Origin: the human T2T-CHM13v2.0 reference genome, Homo sapiens
Assembly: GCF_009914755.1 (NCBI RefSeq)
Contig: NC_060935.1
Length of the DNA: 64,000 bases
Reading direction: 5' to 3' (one strand)
Shown here: piece by piece, positions 38,513 through 51,030 of the stretch
How positions within the stretch are numbered: the first letter of the stretch is position 1
Layout: each line of letters opens with the position of its first letter
Notes under the pieces: model-generated
The model's input: only the letters and a program-made list of their open reading frames with translations
What the model was told of the DNA's origin: nothing
The model's database searches: none
Program-made: the position numbers and the translations under genes

Positions 38513-40791
38513 ATTGTCAATAGAATATACCTAATCTATATGGATACTTTATTGGAAAGAAATACCCCTGTTATGTATAGATTTATGAGGCAATGGCTAT
38601 ACTAAAGAATGGAATCAGTCTCTTAGTTTAGTGACTAGCAAGGTATCAAAGGTGAAGCCTCAGACAAATGGCTTTCCTAGGCTACCTTTCATCATTGTTA
38701 TGCAGAAAAGGATCTCCAGAGAATCAAGTGGGCTGGTCTTGCGGCCTCTGCTATGGAAATGACATTTGTTGTGCCTCCTTTCCCCTACTCTTTCTCACTT
38801 CCTCATCATTAGTGAAGCATGGCACAGGACAAGGTGTTGCCTGTGAGTCTGGTTATAAATTCAGCTTTTGATGTTTGCAGCACTGCTATCTTAAGGGGTC
38901 AAGGGCATTCCAGGGAGAAGAGACCACTAAGGTGAAGACTGGAGAGTGAGTAAGAGTGAGCCATACAGTAAAAGTGGAAAAATCCAGATGATGGAAAGGG
39001 CACGTGCCATGCACTATCATAATAACTTTGTAATTGAACACTTATATTACAATCTGAATCCCTGATCTCAAAAAAAAAAAAAGAAAAATACTCTTCATGA
39101 AAAAAACGTGGCCTCATTTGGCTCTGCTCTCCCACCCTGTCATTGGAGCTTGGATTACTGTGAACATTGTAGCCACAGCAAAAAGAAAAAAAAATGGCAT
39201 TTTTACTCCTTCTGATAGTCTAGATTTTAAAAAAACAAAAGAAATCTTAATAGAATTGTCTTTTGGAGTAAAGTCTACCAGTATTAAACAACACCTCATC
39301 TCTCCATAAAAAATAAACCTCCACAAAATTGAATGTTTATACTTGATGCGATTTGAAAGTGTGCAATTCCAGCACCTAAAGAATAGTGTAGGTCATGGAG
39401 TTTTTAAGAAACTCCAATTCATCTTAGAAGGCTATGGTAGATCTGTTACATCTTAGTATAAATCAATCCAATCAGATTTCTAAACTCCTGAGACCTGGCT
39501 GATTTGTTACATTGACTGAAATGAAAGCATGGTCTGAGAGAGAGAGTAAACATGTCATTTGGGATTTCAAAGGGTGGAAAATTCTTACCTAAAAAATAAA
39601 CTCAGGAACTTGGAGTCATATAAAAACAGCTATATTTTGGCACTCAAGAGGCAAAAGCTAATACAGATGATGAAAGAACACAAAGAAAATAAGATTTGCC
39701 TATTTCAAAATGGTGCCTCGGGCAGGTCCTGTATCCAGAAGAGGATGTTCATCCAGGGTCTGGGGCTAAGGTCATCTTAGCACAGCCCAGCTGCCAGCTT
39801 CCCTCCTCTGCCGCTTCCCTGAACACAAGCCAGCTTCCCTTATCTAGCCCTTCTTGGCCCTGTTAAAAAAGTGATTCCTAAACCTTATCATGCACTTGGA
39901 TTGAAAAAACAACAAGAAAGCATGGGAAAGAGGAAAGAGGATTCCTTAAATATGGCACAAGTAAGTCCAACATTATCAATAAACGCACTAAAAATGAATG
40001 GGGTAATTTTCTTATTAAAATATATGTTTTTCATACTGAGTTAAAAACAAAGTCCAAAAAGCATACATCTCTGTGCCCTCACATGGTAGAGACAGAGGAG
40101 AGCTCAGACTCTCTTCCTTTTCTTAGAAGGACTTAATACCATCATAGGGGCTCCACCCTTATGACTTAATCTAAACCCAATTACTTCTCAAAGGCCCACC
40201 TCCAAGTCCATTGGGAGTTGGGTCTTCAACATATGAATTTGGGGGTCACTGTCAGTACATAAGAAAGCATATCTGAAATAACACACAAGTGTTCACGGAA
40301 AGGAAAAAGATATACTAAATGAATGTGAAACTGAAAAGCAAAGTAATACCATCAACACTTGGCAAAATAGAACGTAAGTTGAACATCTGCTAAATACAGA
40401 AATTCTCCCACAACATAGATCATGAATCTGCCTCAACACAACACAACTACAAACTATACATGGCAAAAGCTGACGGACATACAAAAGAAAAATGCAAATC
40501 CACAGTCTCAGTGGGAGAACTCAAAAAACTTCCCTCAGAAAGCAACAGATGATGCAGACAAAAAATAAAGACAATTTGCCAAAATGCCATCACAACTTGA
40601 TATTTCTGGTGATGTTGGGGTTATCTGCTTACTGTGTATTTGAGAACTTCTGTTCACCTGCTTGTCAAACTGACCAGCAGGGGGTGCTGCGGAGGGAAAC
40701 ACTCCATCTGGAGAATGCTGGCAACTTGTCTCTTAAGTCTAGAGGCTCCTTGTCCCCCTCATGATCATCACCTATGAGGTGCAAGCACTGC

Positions 40792-41743
40792 TGATACAGG
40801 AGCTAAAAAGAAATTATTAAGCAGTTAGTGTAGGTAAGAGAGTCCTCGGTAAGGTTTTTCTTTTAATAAAAAGCAGCCCCCATATAATTTCTTTTCTAGC
40901 AAAAATCAGCCTAAAAAATCAAGCCACAAGCATACATAAGCAAACTAAAAACTTGCATAGCTAAATGCTGGCACCTATGCAAATAGAAAAGGGATACTTG
41001 GAAGCCAGGCATCCTCAACATAGAGGTTTCCTCTTCCTATTTTTTTTTGTTTGTTTGTTTGTTTTTTCAGATGGAATCCCGCTCTGTCACTCAGGCTGGA
41101 GTGCAGTGGTGCATTCTCAGCTCACTACACCCTCCACCTCCTGGGTTCAAGCAATTATCTCCCTCAGCCTCCTGAGTAGCTGAGATTACAGGTGCCCACC
41201 ACCACGCATGGCTAATTTTTTTTTCGTGTTTTTTTTTTTTAGTAGAGGCGGGGTTTCAGCATCTTGGCCAGGCTGGTCTTGAACTCCTGACCTCTCGTGA
41301 TCCATCGTCCTTGGCCTCCGAATGTGCTAGGATTACAGGCATCAGCTACCACGCGTGGCCTCCTATTCCCTTTTCTTTGTATTCACGTGTGCAGGCGACA
41401 TGGCACAGGCCAGGTAGAGGCCCCGTTTGCATACTAAAGATTCATGTGGGATGGCCAGGCTCTTCATGCATCACATAAATGGCACACCTGCTCCAACCAA
41501 CCCTCTGAGCCCTATGTAAATCAGACACTGCCTCCTCAAGCTCCTCTATAAAACCAACCACAACTCGCCCCAAACCCGGAAACCTGCTCAGGCACCTTTC
41601 CAATGCATGAGGAAACTCTCTCTTCATTCTTTTGCCTATTAAACTTTTGCTCTTGAACCCACTCCTTTGGTGTCCACATCTCAATTTCCATACTGTGAGA
41701 CAGCAAACCTCTGGCATTTCCCCAGACAAACGATGCCGCTTCA
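40792..41743 (+). mobile_element. Solo ERV1 LTR (LTR25/LTR27-like) with an Alu inserted
   Basis: TG...CA termini, 4-bp TSD CTGC (40788-40791 / 41744-41747), TATAAAA and ATTAAA inside. Confidence 0.8.
41040..41359 (-). mobile_element. Alu (AluS-like) within the LTR
   Basis: Reverse Alu with T/(TTTG)n tail. Confidence 0.9.
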
Positions 41744-42772
41744 CTGCCATCTCAAGCCCAAGTGCCAAAAATGACCACTTTAGTCTGAAGAATGCCACAG
41801 CTGCCACCATGCTGCTTAGGATAAGCAAGGACATGAAGATGGAGTGGGGACGGGTTTATTAGAGAGGCCGCAATAAAAGCATATCCCAGGCAACTTTCCA
41901 CTTCTTAACTTCTGTCATTTTCAAACTTAAAGGTGTTTTTTATTGTTGTTGGTTTGCTTTTCTTTTTAACAGTTTCTATTTCTGGCCAAAAGACTGCTTT
42001 TTGTTTTCCTGCTATGACATATTTATTCTTTGTTCTAAAGTCTTTTCCATGATTTCATATAGGAACTAAGAAGACAGCCATGTGTTTGCTCAACACATTG
42101 ATCCCCTCTCCACCTAGAACTCTCTTTACTGTTTCTCCCAGGAAGATTCCACCCCTCCTGTTCTGCCAGTTTCCTCATATTTGCCTCATACAATTGCCCT
42201 TGTAGGCAGATGAACCCGGGCTAGTTCTACTTTACTATGGACACCAAAGCTTCTGAAATAACATCTGAGTCTTGGGATTTGCATATGAATCTTCCCTTGA
42301 CACAGCAAACAGTCTTTCCTTTTACCTTCACTAAAGTCATCTACTTGGGAGAATGGAGAGCACTAAAATTCTACAGATTTCAAAAACAAACCTGCTGTGC
42401 CTTTCCAGAGTCCTTGGAATGCAAAAGAGAAAATAGGTTAGAAGGGATATTTTCTCCTTCCTTTCTTACCTTGAAGGAGCTCCTATTTTTAAAGGGAATC
42501 ACTGGGGACAATCCAAAAGAAACTCTTGCAAATCAAGCTTTGCCATGCCATCACGAGAAGGGTAACATGTGTGCCCAGTGGTGAAATTTTTAAATTTTGG
42601 TAATGATCTCCAGGGTCACCCCTATGGATAACAAAAATATTTTAAAAACCTATAATGGTGCCAGCCTTTCAGAACCCTGTCTCTTTGCAAGGACCTACCA
42701 AGGTCTAGAGATCATAGCACCTCACTAGCAGCCTACAGGCATTCTCCAAAGGTTCCCACCTGCCCCACCCAA

Positions 42773-42801
42773 CATACACACACACATACACACACACACA
42801 C
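42773..42801. repeat. (CA)n microsatellite, imperfect
   Basis: CATACACACACACATACACACACACACAC. Confidence 0.85.
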
Positions 42802-45800
42802 CCTCCTGCTATCCTTTGGCCCTAGATTTCACCTAACTTTATTCTAAATCTTAATCACCCTGTGCCCCCAAACTCATGTGTTATAGGGCCTTGGTAATCC
42901 CTTTCTAAGCATATTCCCTGACTTCTTAAATTCTATTTATGAGACATATATCTAAAGTAAAACTATATTTCAGGCCAGATCAGCACGCTTCTTATTACAA
43001 TTATAAACACTGAACTTCTTAGTTGCTGGGAAAATATATTGAAAAGGCATTATTATGCTTGTATAGCCATAGATTATCTAGGGAAAAGTATTGAGTGTCT
43101 CGAGAATGAGTGAAAATTGTTTCCCCAATATACACCTTTTTTTCTTTTGAAAAGTATATCCTGCGTATATTCAAAAGATAATGTTTTTCAAAAGGGGAAA
43201 TTGCCTCCACTGTGGACTCTTATTAATTCACTTATCCATCAAGTTCTCTTATTAACTCACTTATACATCATATTCCCTTATTAACTTTTTATTCAATCAC
43301 TGGTATTTGTTTCTAGTGCTCATAATTGAACACAAATTTGTTTACTATTATATAAAATAAAGTAACAGCTATTCACCGTTTCCTCCTTTACCTCAATAAG
43401 TTGACATCTTCCAATAGATTTATTTCCCTGTTTTGCTCCCTCCTCAGATCCAGATGAGTGTGCTAAGTGATACAAAATGCTTTTATTCCTCTACCGTTCA
43501 ACCCCCTGAGCCCGATGTTTTAGTTCCACGTGTTTTAGTTCCAGGTGTCACAGAATTTCCCTTGCAGTGTGTCTCATCAATTTAAAGAATCCTTCTTTAA
43601 AACTTTTCTTACACATTCCCAGAGAGCCTATCATTGTCCATTTAGAGTTAACTCTCTACATAAAATTTGTCAATTTTTTTTTACTCACCACTGTTTCCTC
43701 TCCTTATTTTCTGCTCCTATCTGAAATCTCTTTTCCTATTTGATTAAATTGCTTCTTCAGTATTTCCTGCATGTACATATGCTACCGATATAATATCTGA
43801 AGACTCTCAAATCCACAAATATCTTTCTTTGACCCTCACAAGAATATAATTTCTGCAGCCTTATACATTGACAAATGTTTGTCTTTTACCCTCAAGTGAC
43901 TGATTCCCTATGACATCACATTTTAGGATGACCAAATATAATTTTCCACTTTATACATAAGGAAACTGAGGTACAAAGAAACAAGGTAGCCTTGAACTTT
44001 CATTCAAGGTCACAAAGCTAGCAAAAAGTGGATGACTAGCGATGAGGTCTTCAGGTTGAGATTAACAAACAACATCACAGGATATAATAGGATTTAACCC
44101 AACTTCAACTTCATAAAATGAATGGACATTCCCTGATCTTCCCTCCACTCCCACCCCCACCTCAGGGGATTTCAGGATGCACTGGGCAAAACTGTCTCCC
44201 TCCATCCCCAACCGTTTCTCAGGCAGTGACAGGTGTCAAGAACTCCTCGCCGCCCTTCTTGAAGCTTACATTCTGGAGCAGGGAGGCAGAAGCTAAACCA
44301 AAAATTAAAACAACTGTGAACATATTCCCTATAAACTCAGATGTAGTATATGAAAACAACACATGATTTGACGACAGAAGATGATGGAGGGAGAAAGAAC
44401 AACAAATAAATAGGAAAAGAGGCCTCAGATAGGAGCAGGTAAAAAGGAGAGAAAACAGGAAGGGGTCAGGACTGGTTTCCCTCAAAGCCTGTCATTTGAC
44501 AGAGAGCTGCAGAAAGAAGGAATAGAGCCAAGCACATAACAGGAGGGTAGAGTTGCAGTCTGAAGCACCCAAAATGGTCCACTAGGATGGACAAAGGACA
44601 TACTTGAACCACCACTTAGATTCATCTTCATCTAAAAAATAAGAAATTAAGTGTGTGTAATATTTAATTATTTAGTACATTAATTACAGTAGAATATATA
44701 GAGTTGATGCTCAATTTGTTAAAAAATAGATATCTAAAATTAAACCTCAGAGATTACTCTTGCCTATGACAACGAGCTTCTGAAAGGCAAGGATAGGTCT
44801 CACCCATCTCTGTATCTTCAGAATCCATCATATTATGTGGAACATAATAGGTATCAATAGTATGTTGGGGAAAAAAATCGAAACCATGCTGAGCACCGGA
44901 ATTCTGTGTAAATCTTTTTAAAAAGTCTCTTCTACTTTACATCAGAGTCCCTTTTGTATTTTTAGTATCATCCAGCCCCACGCCTTGCAGATAAGCCCCT
45001 AAGAAATGAATGGGTGAATGAATGTGTGGACAGCGGGATGGATCATTGAGTGAGGAGCAGTGATTCGCAGGACCTGCATGCATTGAAATCCTGCCAAAGC
45101 AGCCTCTGCAAAATAAAAGACCTTGGGCTTTGGTTTCTGACACAAGTTAAAATTATCCAAGGACTCTCCTTGGGCCACTTAGTTGAGGTTTCCTAATCTG
45201 TGAAACAGAAAATGAATTCAATAGAAAGATGATTGAGACAAATTTCTGGAAGGTGCCAAAGCAGGATGCCTGGCATTGAGGGACGCTTCACACCTGTTAT
45301 CTCTCTCCCTATTCTCTCTTCACCCCTACTCCCGCCCGGCAACTCCCCGCTGTCAGCTCCAGGAATACTTACCTGCTGAGAAAAGGAAAAGCACAACACT
45401 GACTTTACCCCGCGACGCTTTTAAAAACTCCAAAACACCCAGCGCGATGGGGAGTAGGTTTCCCTAAAGACAGGTGGAGCAGCCATAGTTAACTTAGAGG
45501 AAGGTGAATTGACAAAGAGGGTTGAGCCACTACGAGCGGGAGTTACCTTGGACTAACAGTTGTATCTTCAGCGAGCACAAGTCCTGGAATCTCCCACGCC
45601 CATCCCTTTTTTTAGCGCCACAAATGCAGCCTCCTAAGAGAATGGGAAGCTTGGGAGTCAGAGAACAGAAGATTGAGCTACCATTGGCCTTAATGGATGT
45701 CAATCTTCACTTGTCTCTTTTTTTTCCTTCCTCGCCTCCTTGCCCCTCCCTATCCCGGTAGGCGCGTTCTCTGGCGCCATCATATGGCAGAATGCGGGAC

Positions 45801-48134
45801 TACACCAAATGCGGAAAGGCACCTTCCCCTTCCCTGAGTATCTGCAAACTCAGGGCTGGGCTTGGTTTTTAAGAGCTCAGCTCCTGTGCCAGGGGCGGTG
45901 CTAAAAGGGGCTGCCTGCGCAGATGTCATTCCCACAAGATGCAAGTAAAGAAGCACCGCGGACACCGGGGGAGGGTCACAGAGTGACAGGAGGACTGGTT
46001 GACCAGCTGACTGGCCTCACTTCTGACAAATGCAAATTACCCAGCCACAGTCCAACCAAGGGTATCAAAACAGGATCTCTGCAGATGGAGCTCAGTGTTA
46101 TGTGTTTTGGATGCTCGCAATAAGATTTTCATGCACCATAAACTTTCCTGAGTATCTCAACCAGTTTTGTTGATGCCGGGGTTTGTTCAAAGCTGCAGAT
46201 TACTGGGCCTCACCCCAGACCTACTCTACTTAAATATAGTGGGGTTCCCATAATCCCCATTTTAAAAAACCTATCCAAGTTAAAGTACAGAGAATCACAA
46301 ACTGGAAGAACTCCTTAATTTACAAATAAGAAATGGAGACCCCCCCACCAAGAGAGAAAGGAATTTGCCCAAGGTCTCCCTGAAAGAGCCTAAGAAAGCG
46401 TGAGGCTCTAAGGTTAAAATCCTACCTGACACCCTTTCCTTTCCCCAACTAGTCCTGTGACCTCTAGCAAACTATCCTGTCCTAATCTGTGAAATGGGAG
46501 CAACAGTCACACCTACCCCAACTGGTGACTGCAAATATTAAATGGGGCCACAATGAGTCAACTACCAAGCACCACCCCATTGTAAGTTGAGGTTGAAATG
46601 ATTCTAGATCGCCCTACCCCCATTCATCTCCCAGTACCATTGTATGACCGTGGAGGTGAAACCATCCAGCCGCCTGTTGGTCCCAAACCATGTTCACCTC
46701 CACCCGTGGCTCAGTGACTATTTCTTTTCTTGAAGAGAGAGAGAGGCTCCTTGGAGCCTCTGGAATCTGGAGGGGGATGTTACCTTCCCCCTGTGTGCAT
46801 TGTCTTCCCAAGATAGGATGGACTACGGGGTCTCCATGTGAAGAGTTAGCTGCCAGGGCATCAAGGATGGCTCCTAAGTGGTTGCTGGAGGCTTAGAGAC
46901 CCCACTCCAGCTCTCTCTCAAATGGGGGCAGCTTGTTTGCAGCAGTGAGTGAGGTGGGCCCACTACGAACCCACAGGAGGAGAGGAAAAGACCGTCCCAT
47001 CTAAGCTTTTACATAACCCATTGCAAGCTCCAGAATGTGGTGCCCAGGCCCATATCTATAACCCACCCCCAGAGGCCAGTTCTCCTCAGCCTTTCCTGCC
47101 ACTTCTGCCATTGTACATCCAGACACTTCCCCTGTTCTCTTCTATCAAACTCCTACTCATCTCTCAGCCATCTAGTCCAAATATTAATCTTTCTCTGTGA
47201 TATACTCTCAGGGTAGAGGCAGTGGTGCCTTCCTCTGTATTCCCAGAACATGTTGTCTGCAACTCTAAATACAGACATCATCCTACTATTAGGGTTCAAG
47301 AGCATCTTTTATGGGTTCATGAAGGAATCACTCTTCGTAAACACTGGCCTTATTCCCTAACTTCACCAGACCTGACCTTAGTGCATGATCCATTCCCACC
47401 TCTCCCAACCACATGAGAGGCCTTTTCCTCTTTATGGGTTTGCAAACCACAATATGACCTAACCACCAGTTACTGGCCAAAAGCATTCTTGTCACGTTTA
47501 TTATAAAATCCAGCCAACAAGATGCTTTGTGCCAAGGGAATGTTCCTTTTCAGGGCAAACACTCTGTCCCCAGGGATGTTAGACAACTTCCATAGCCCCG
47601 TATAAGCATTAGCTAGAAATGAGTTTTTCCTAGTGGCCCAACAGATTCCCTGAGCATCCCTACTCTTTCACGGATTCCCATTGCAGTGGGATTGCATCAA
47701 ACCTCTCAGGGCAAAGCTGCAAAGGGAAAAGCAAAGCTAGAGCTCTACTCTGGACCTATCGCTCTAGACAGTTAGTTTCTCTGTGAGGGTCAGTTTTATA
47801 CGTAAGGAAGAAATGGAAGATTGCTCCCCAAAACGGCATCAGGTTACTTATCCCAATTGTGTGGTTCAGTTGCTACGCCAGTGATGAGCAAATAAACAGG
47901 AAGTAGAAGCACAACTATTCCTAAGCTCAAGAAGCAGGGAAGCTCAGGAATTGGTGTGCAGCAGTGCTGCTTGGAGCGCCATTACGAAGGAACAAGCACG
48001 GTCCACTGGGAGGTAAAATTCAGGGAATCGAAGACACAGGGGGTATGGGAAACAAGGCAGGCTTTTTTATTTATCATTTGCCATGATATCTCTCTGTGAA
48101 CTTTCTTCTCCCTTTTAATTTTCCCTGTACTTTA

Positions 48135-48511
<377 letters not shown>

Positions 48512-49779
48512 TTACCATCATAAGTCCCAGCTTCCCTGTCTTCCTGTCATCATGTGTTGAATGTCCACTTCCCTCCTTATTTTTCAGTTGGAGTGGATTA
48601 GCATCACCAATTCAACATGTCACAAGTAGAATTACACAAACACACATAAGCACCGCAATCCTGGCACACACAGCATCTCTGTCCTCAGACTTCCCCATCC
48701 TTCTAGTTGCTCAAGTCAAAAGCCCAGGAATCATCATTGAGCCCTCTGTTTCTCTTATTTATGGACCATCCATAAGCAAATTCCATGGGCTGGCCCTTCA
48801 AAATAAATGTGGAATCCAGCCATTTCTAACACTTCCACCATTACCATCTGAGGTCGGGCTCCAACATCTTTGCAATCCTGGGATAGACTCTTAGCTGCCT
48901 TCTCCCTTCCACATCTCTTCTTGTCCTCCCAGAGTTTGTACCGCGCACAAACGCTGCTAGGGTGGTTTTAAAAAATATGTCAGGGTATATTTCTCCCTTA
49001 CTTCAAATCCTCCATTTAAAATAAATTTCACATTTATAGCCAAATCCAGACTTCTTCATATGGCCCACCAGGGGCTTTATGCTAATGGAATGTGCAGATG
49101 CTCCTCCCTGAGGAGCACCTTTTACCAGGGCAAATTTTCTATCTCCAATGATGTCAGGCAATTCCGACAACACCATTCTCTACTACCTCTTGGTTTTCAT
49201 AGATATTTTTCCTCCAGATTCTACAAAAAAAGAAGATCAAGTCTCCTTGTGCAATGATTTACTCTCTGATGTATATTGGTGCCAGGCACGTGTACTGCTT
49301 TCAGATGATTCAAGAATAACAGCGATTTGAGAAAGCTGTCCTTAAGTTTTCTCTTCTCCTTGACTGTATGACATTATTTTTACAATTATACTTCCAAAGT
49401 TTGCTCTTTCCAAACACCACAAGACCTATGTAATTTAAGCAGTGATTTTAGGGGTCTCTGTATATTTTATATTAATTTCAGAAACATGCTCATGATTATT
49501 CCACCAAAACTATCAACTGTTACATAAACATCTGTCCTTCTATGAGTTGCAAAATAATTGTCACCATCCCCACTTAATCAACCATCTTGTATCCTTCTTT
49601 GACCAACTTCTGAAAAATAACACCCAATACTAAAGGCATCTCCTTCTATTCAGGGTCTCAGACAGTAAGACGTTCTTTCCTTAAACAGTAAGACGTTTTC
49701 TCAAGTCCCATGGAAAGCACTTCTTTGATATCAGTTTGGGGAGGCCGAACTCTGGAGTCTTCATCCGAAGAGTAAAGTA

Positions 49780-51030
49780 CCGCACTCAGTAATGCGCGTC
49801 CTGGGAACCAAGCCTAAGCAGTTTTGGCCGCTTCCTCGTCCAGGCTGGCATTGTCTGTGTTCGCCAGCCCCTCCGCGAAGTTAGCTCATTTGCGGATCAG
49901 GCCAAATCCCTGGAGACTTCACGCAGACGCGGGTGCAGCCTGCTCTGGGACTTGAAGTCCGCTGGAGCCTGAGCCTCTGCATCATCCGGGTGGAGCTCTC
50001 TCTGCTGCTGCCAAAGGATCCCGCCTGGATGCTCATCCCGCCACCGTCGCCCACCCCGCAGCTGCAGAATGGCAGCAACTGCCACACACCTAAGCAACTT
50101 GGCTGGCTATTCGCCCTGCAGCTCCCGCCAGCGCGCTGCCCAAGCTGGCAATCAAAAGTCTGGGAAAGCGCGAAAGCGCCACGTGCCTCGCACTCCGCCC
50201 AGCTGCCGCGCAGCTCCTCCCTGGCTTCCACTGGGAGACAGGGGACTCCCATGAGAAGGAAGGAGCAGGGCAGTGATTGCTTAGTTTATCCTGGGACGCG
50301 GGAGCTGTCCCCGTGGACTGAGTGGCGCGGAGAGGGGATCACTGAGACCGGGAAGGGTCATCCAGACAAATAAGGAGGGGTGCGGGTGGGCGCGCAGTGC
50401 CCTCCGCCCGGCCTTCAGACCCACCCGCGCGCGCGCAGGCGTGTGCTCTCATCCTTCCCTTCCCTTCACTGTCTGGAGTGATGATAATTGGCTTCCAAAG
50501 TGGATGAGAGATGAGTCATTTACATCCAATGAGGGAAAAACAGCCTCCAGAGACTCTTCGTCCATTGGCCAGTGAGAGTGTCAATTCCCAGGCTCCTGCC
50601 GCACGCGGGCGAGCCCTTCTAGGCGGGAAAAGTTCAGCTGAGAGATATAAGAGAGCAGACTTTCCAGCACCTGTGAATCCAGAGCGGTGGGCACTGACGG
50701 GCACGTGCACCGTGTGGACAGACTCTCCAGTTCTATGAGTGGTTTTTCTTTTCCCGGGTCGGACCTGGAGTTCTTAAGAGGATGGCTGACAAGGGCAGTA
50801 GGCAGAAGGACCTCAGCCCAAAGTCAAGGAGGTTTTGGATGGGGAGCTGGGCAGCCGCCCGTTGTAATTCCCTTCCCGTCTCAGCTTCAAAGGCCAAGAG
50901 TTGTACTCCTGAAAAGATACTTGGAGATCATCTGGGTGTTCCTGAATCTCAAGAGGGTCGTTTGACCCTGGTGGGTCCTTTCCCTACCCGGTGCCTTTCT
51001 CGCCCGTAGAAGGAGACCAGGTTCGGTTAA
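49780..51030. promoter_or_regulatory. CpG island, duplicated FAM111B-type promoter (E2F, CCAAT, AP-1, E-box motifs), probably bidirectional
   Basis: CpG-dense; GCGCGAAA 50168-50175 and GGCGGGAAA 50622-50630 (E2F); ATTGG/CCAAT at 50487, 50526, 50564; TGAGTCA 50512; CACGTG 50180 and 50702. Confidence 0.8.

Noticed and set aside
49881-51009. Several 60-146 aa ORFs in the CpG island
   Set aside because: Expected by chance in GC-rich DNA; no recognisable protein homology.
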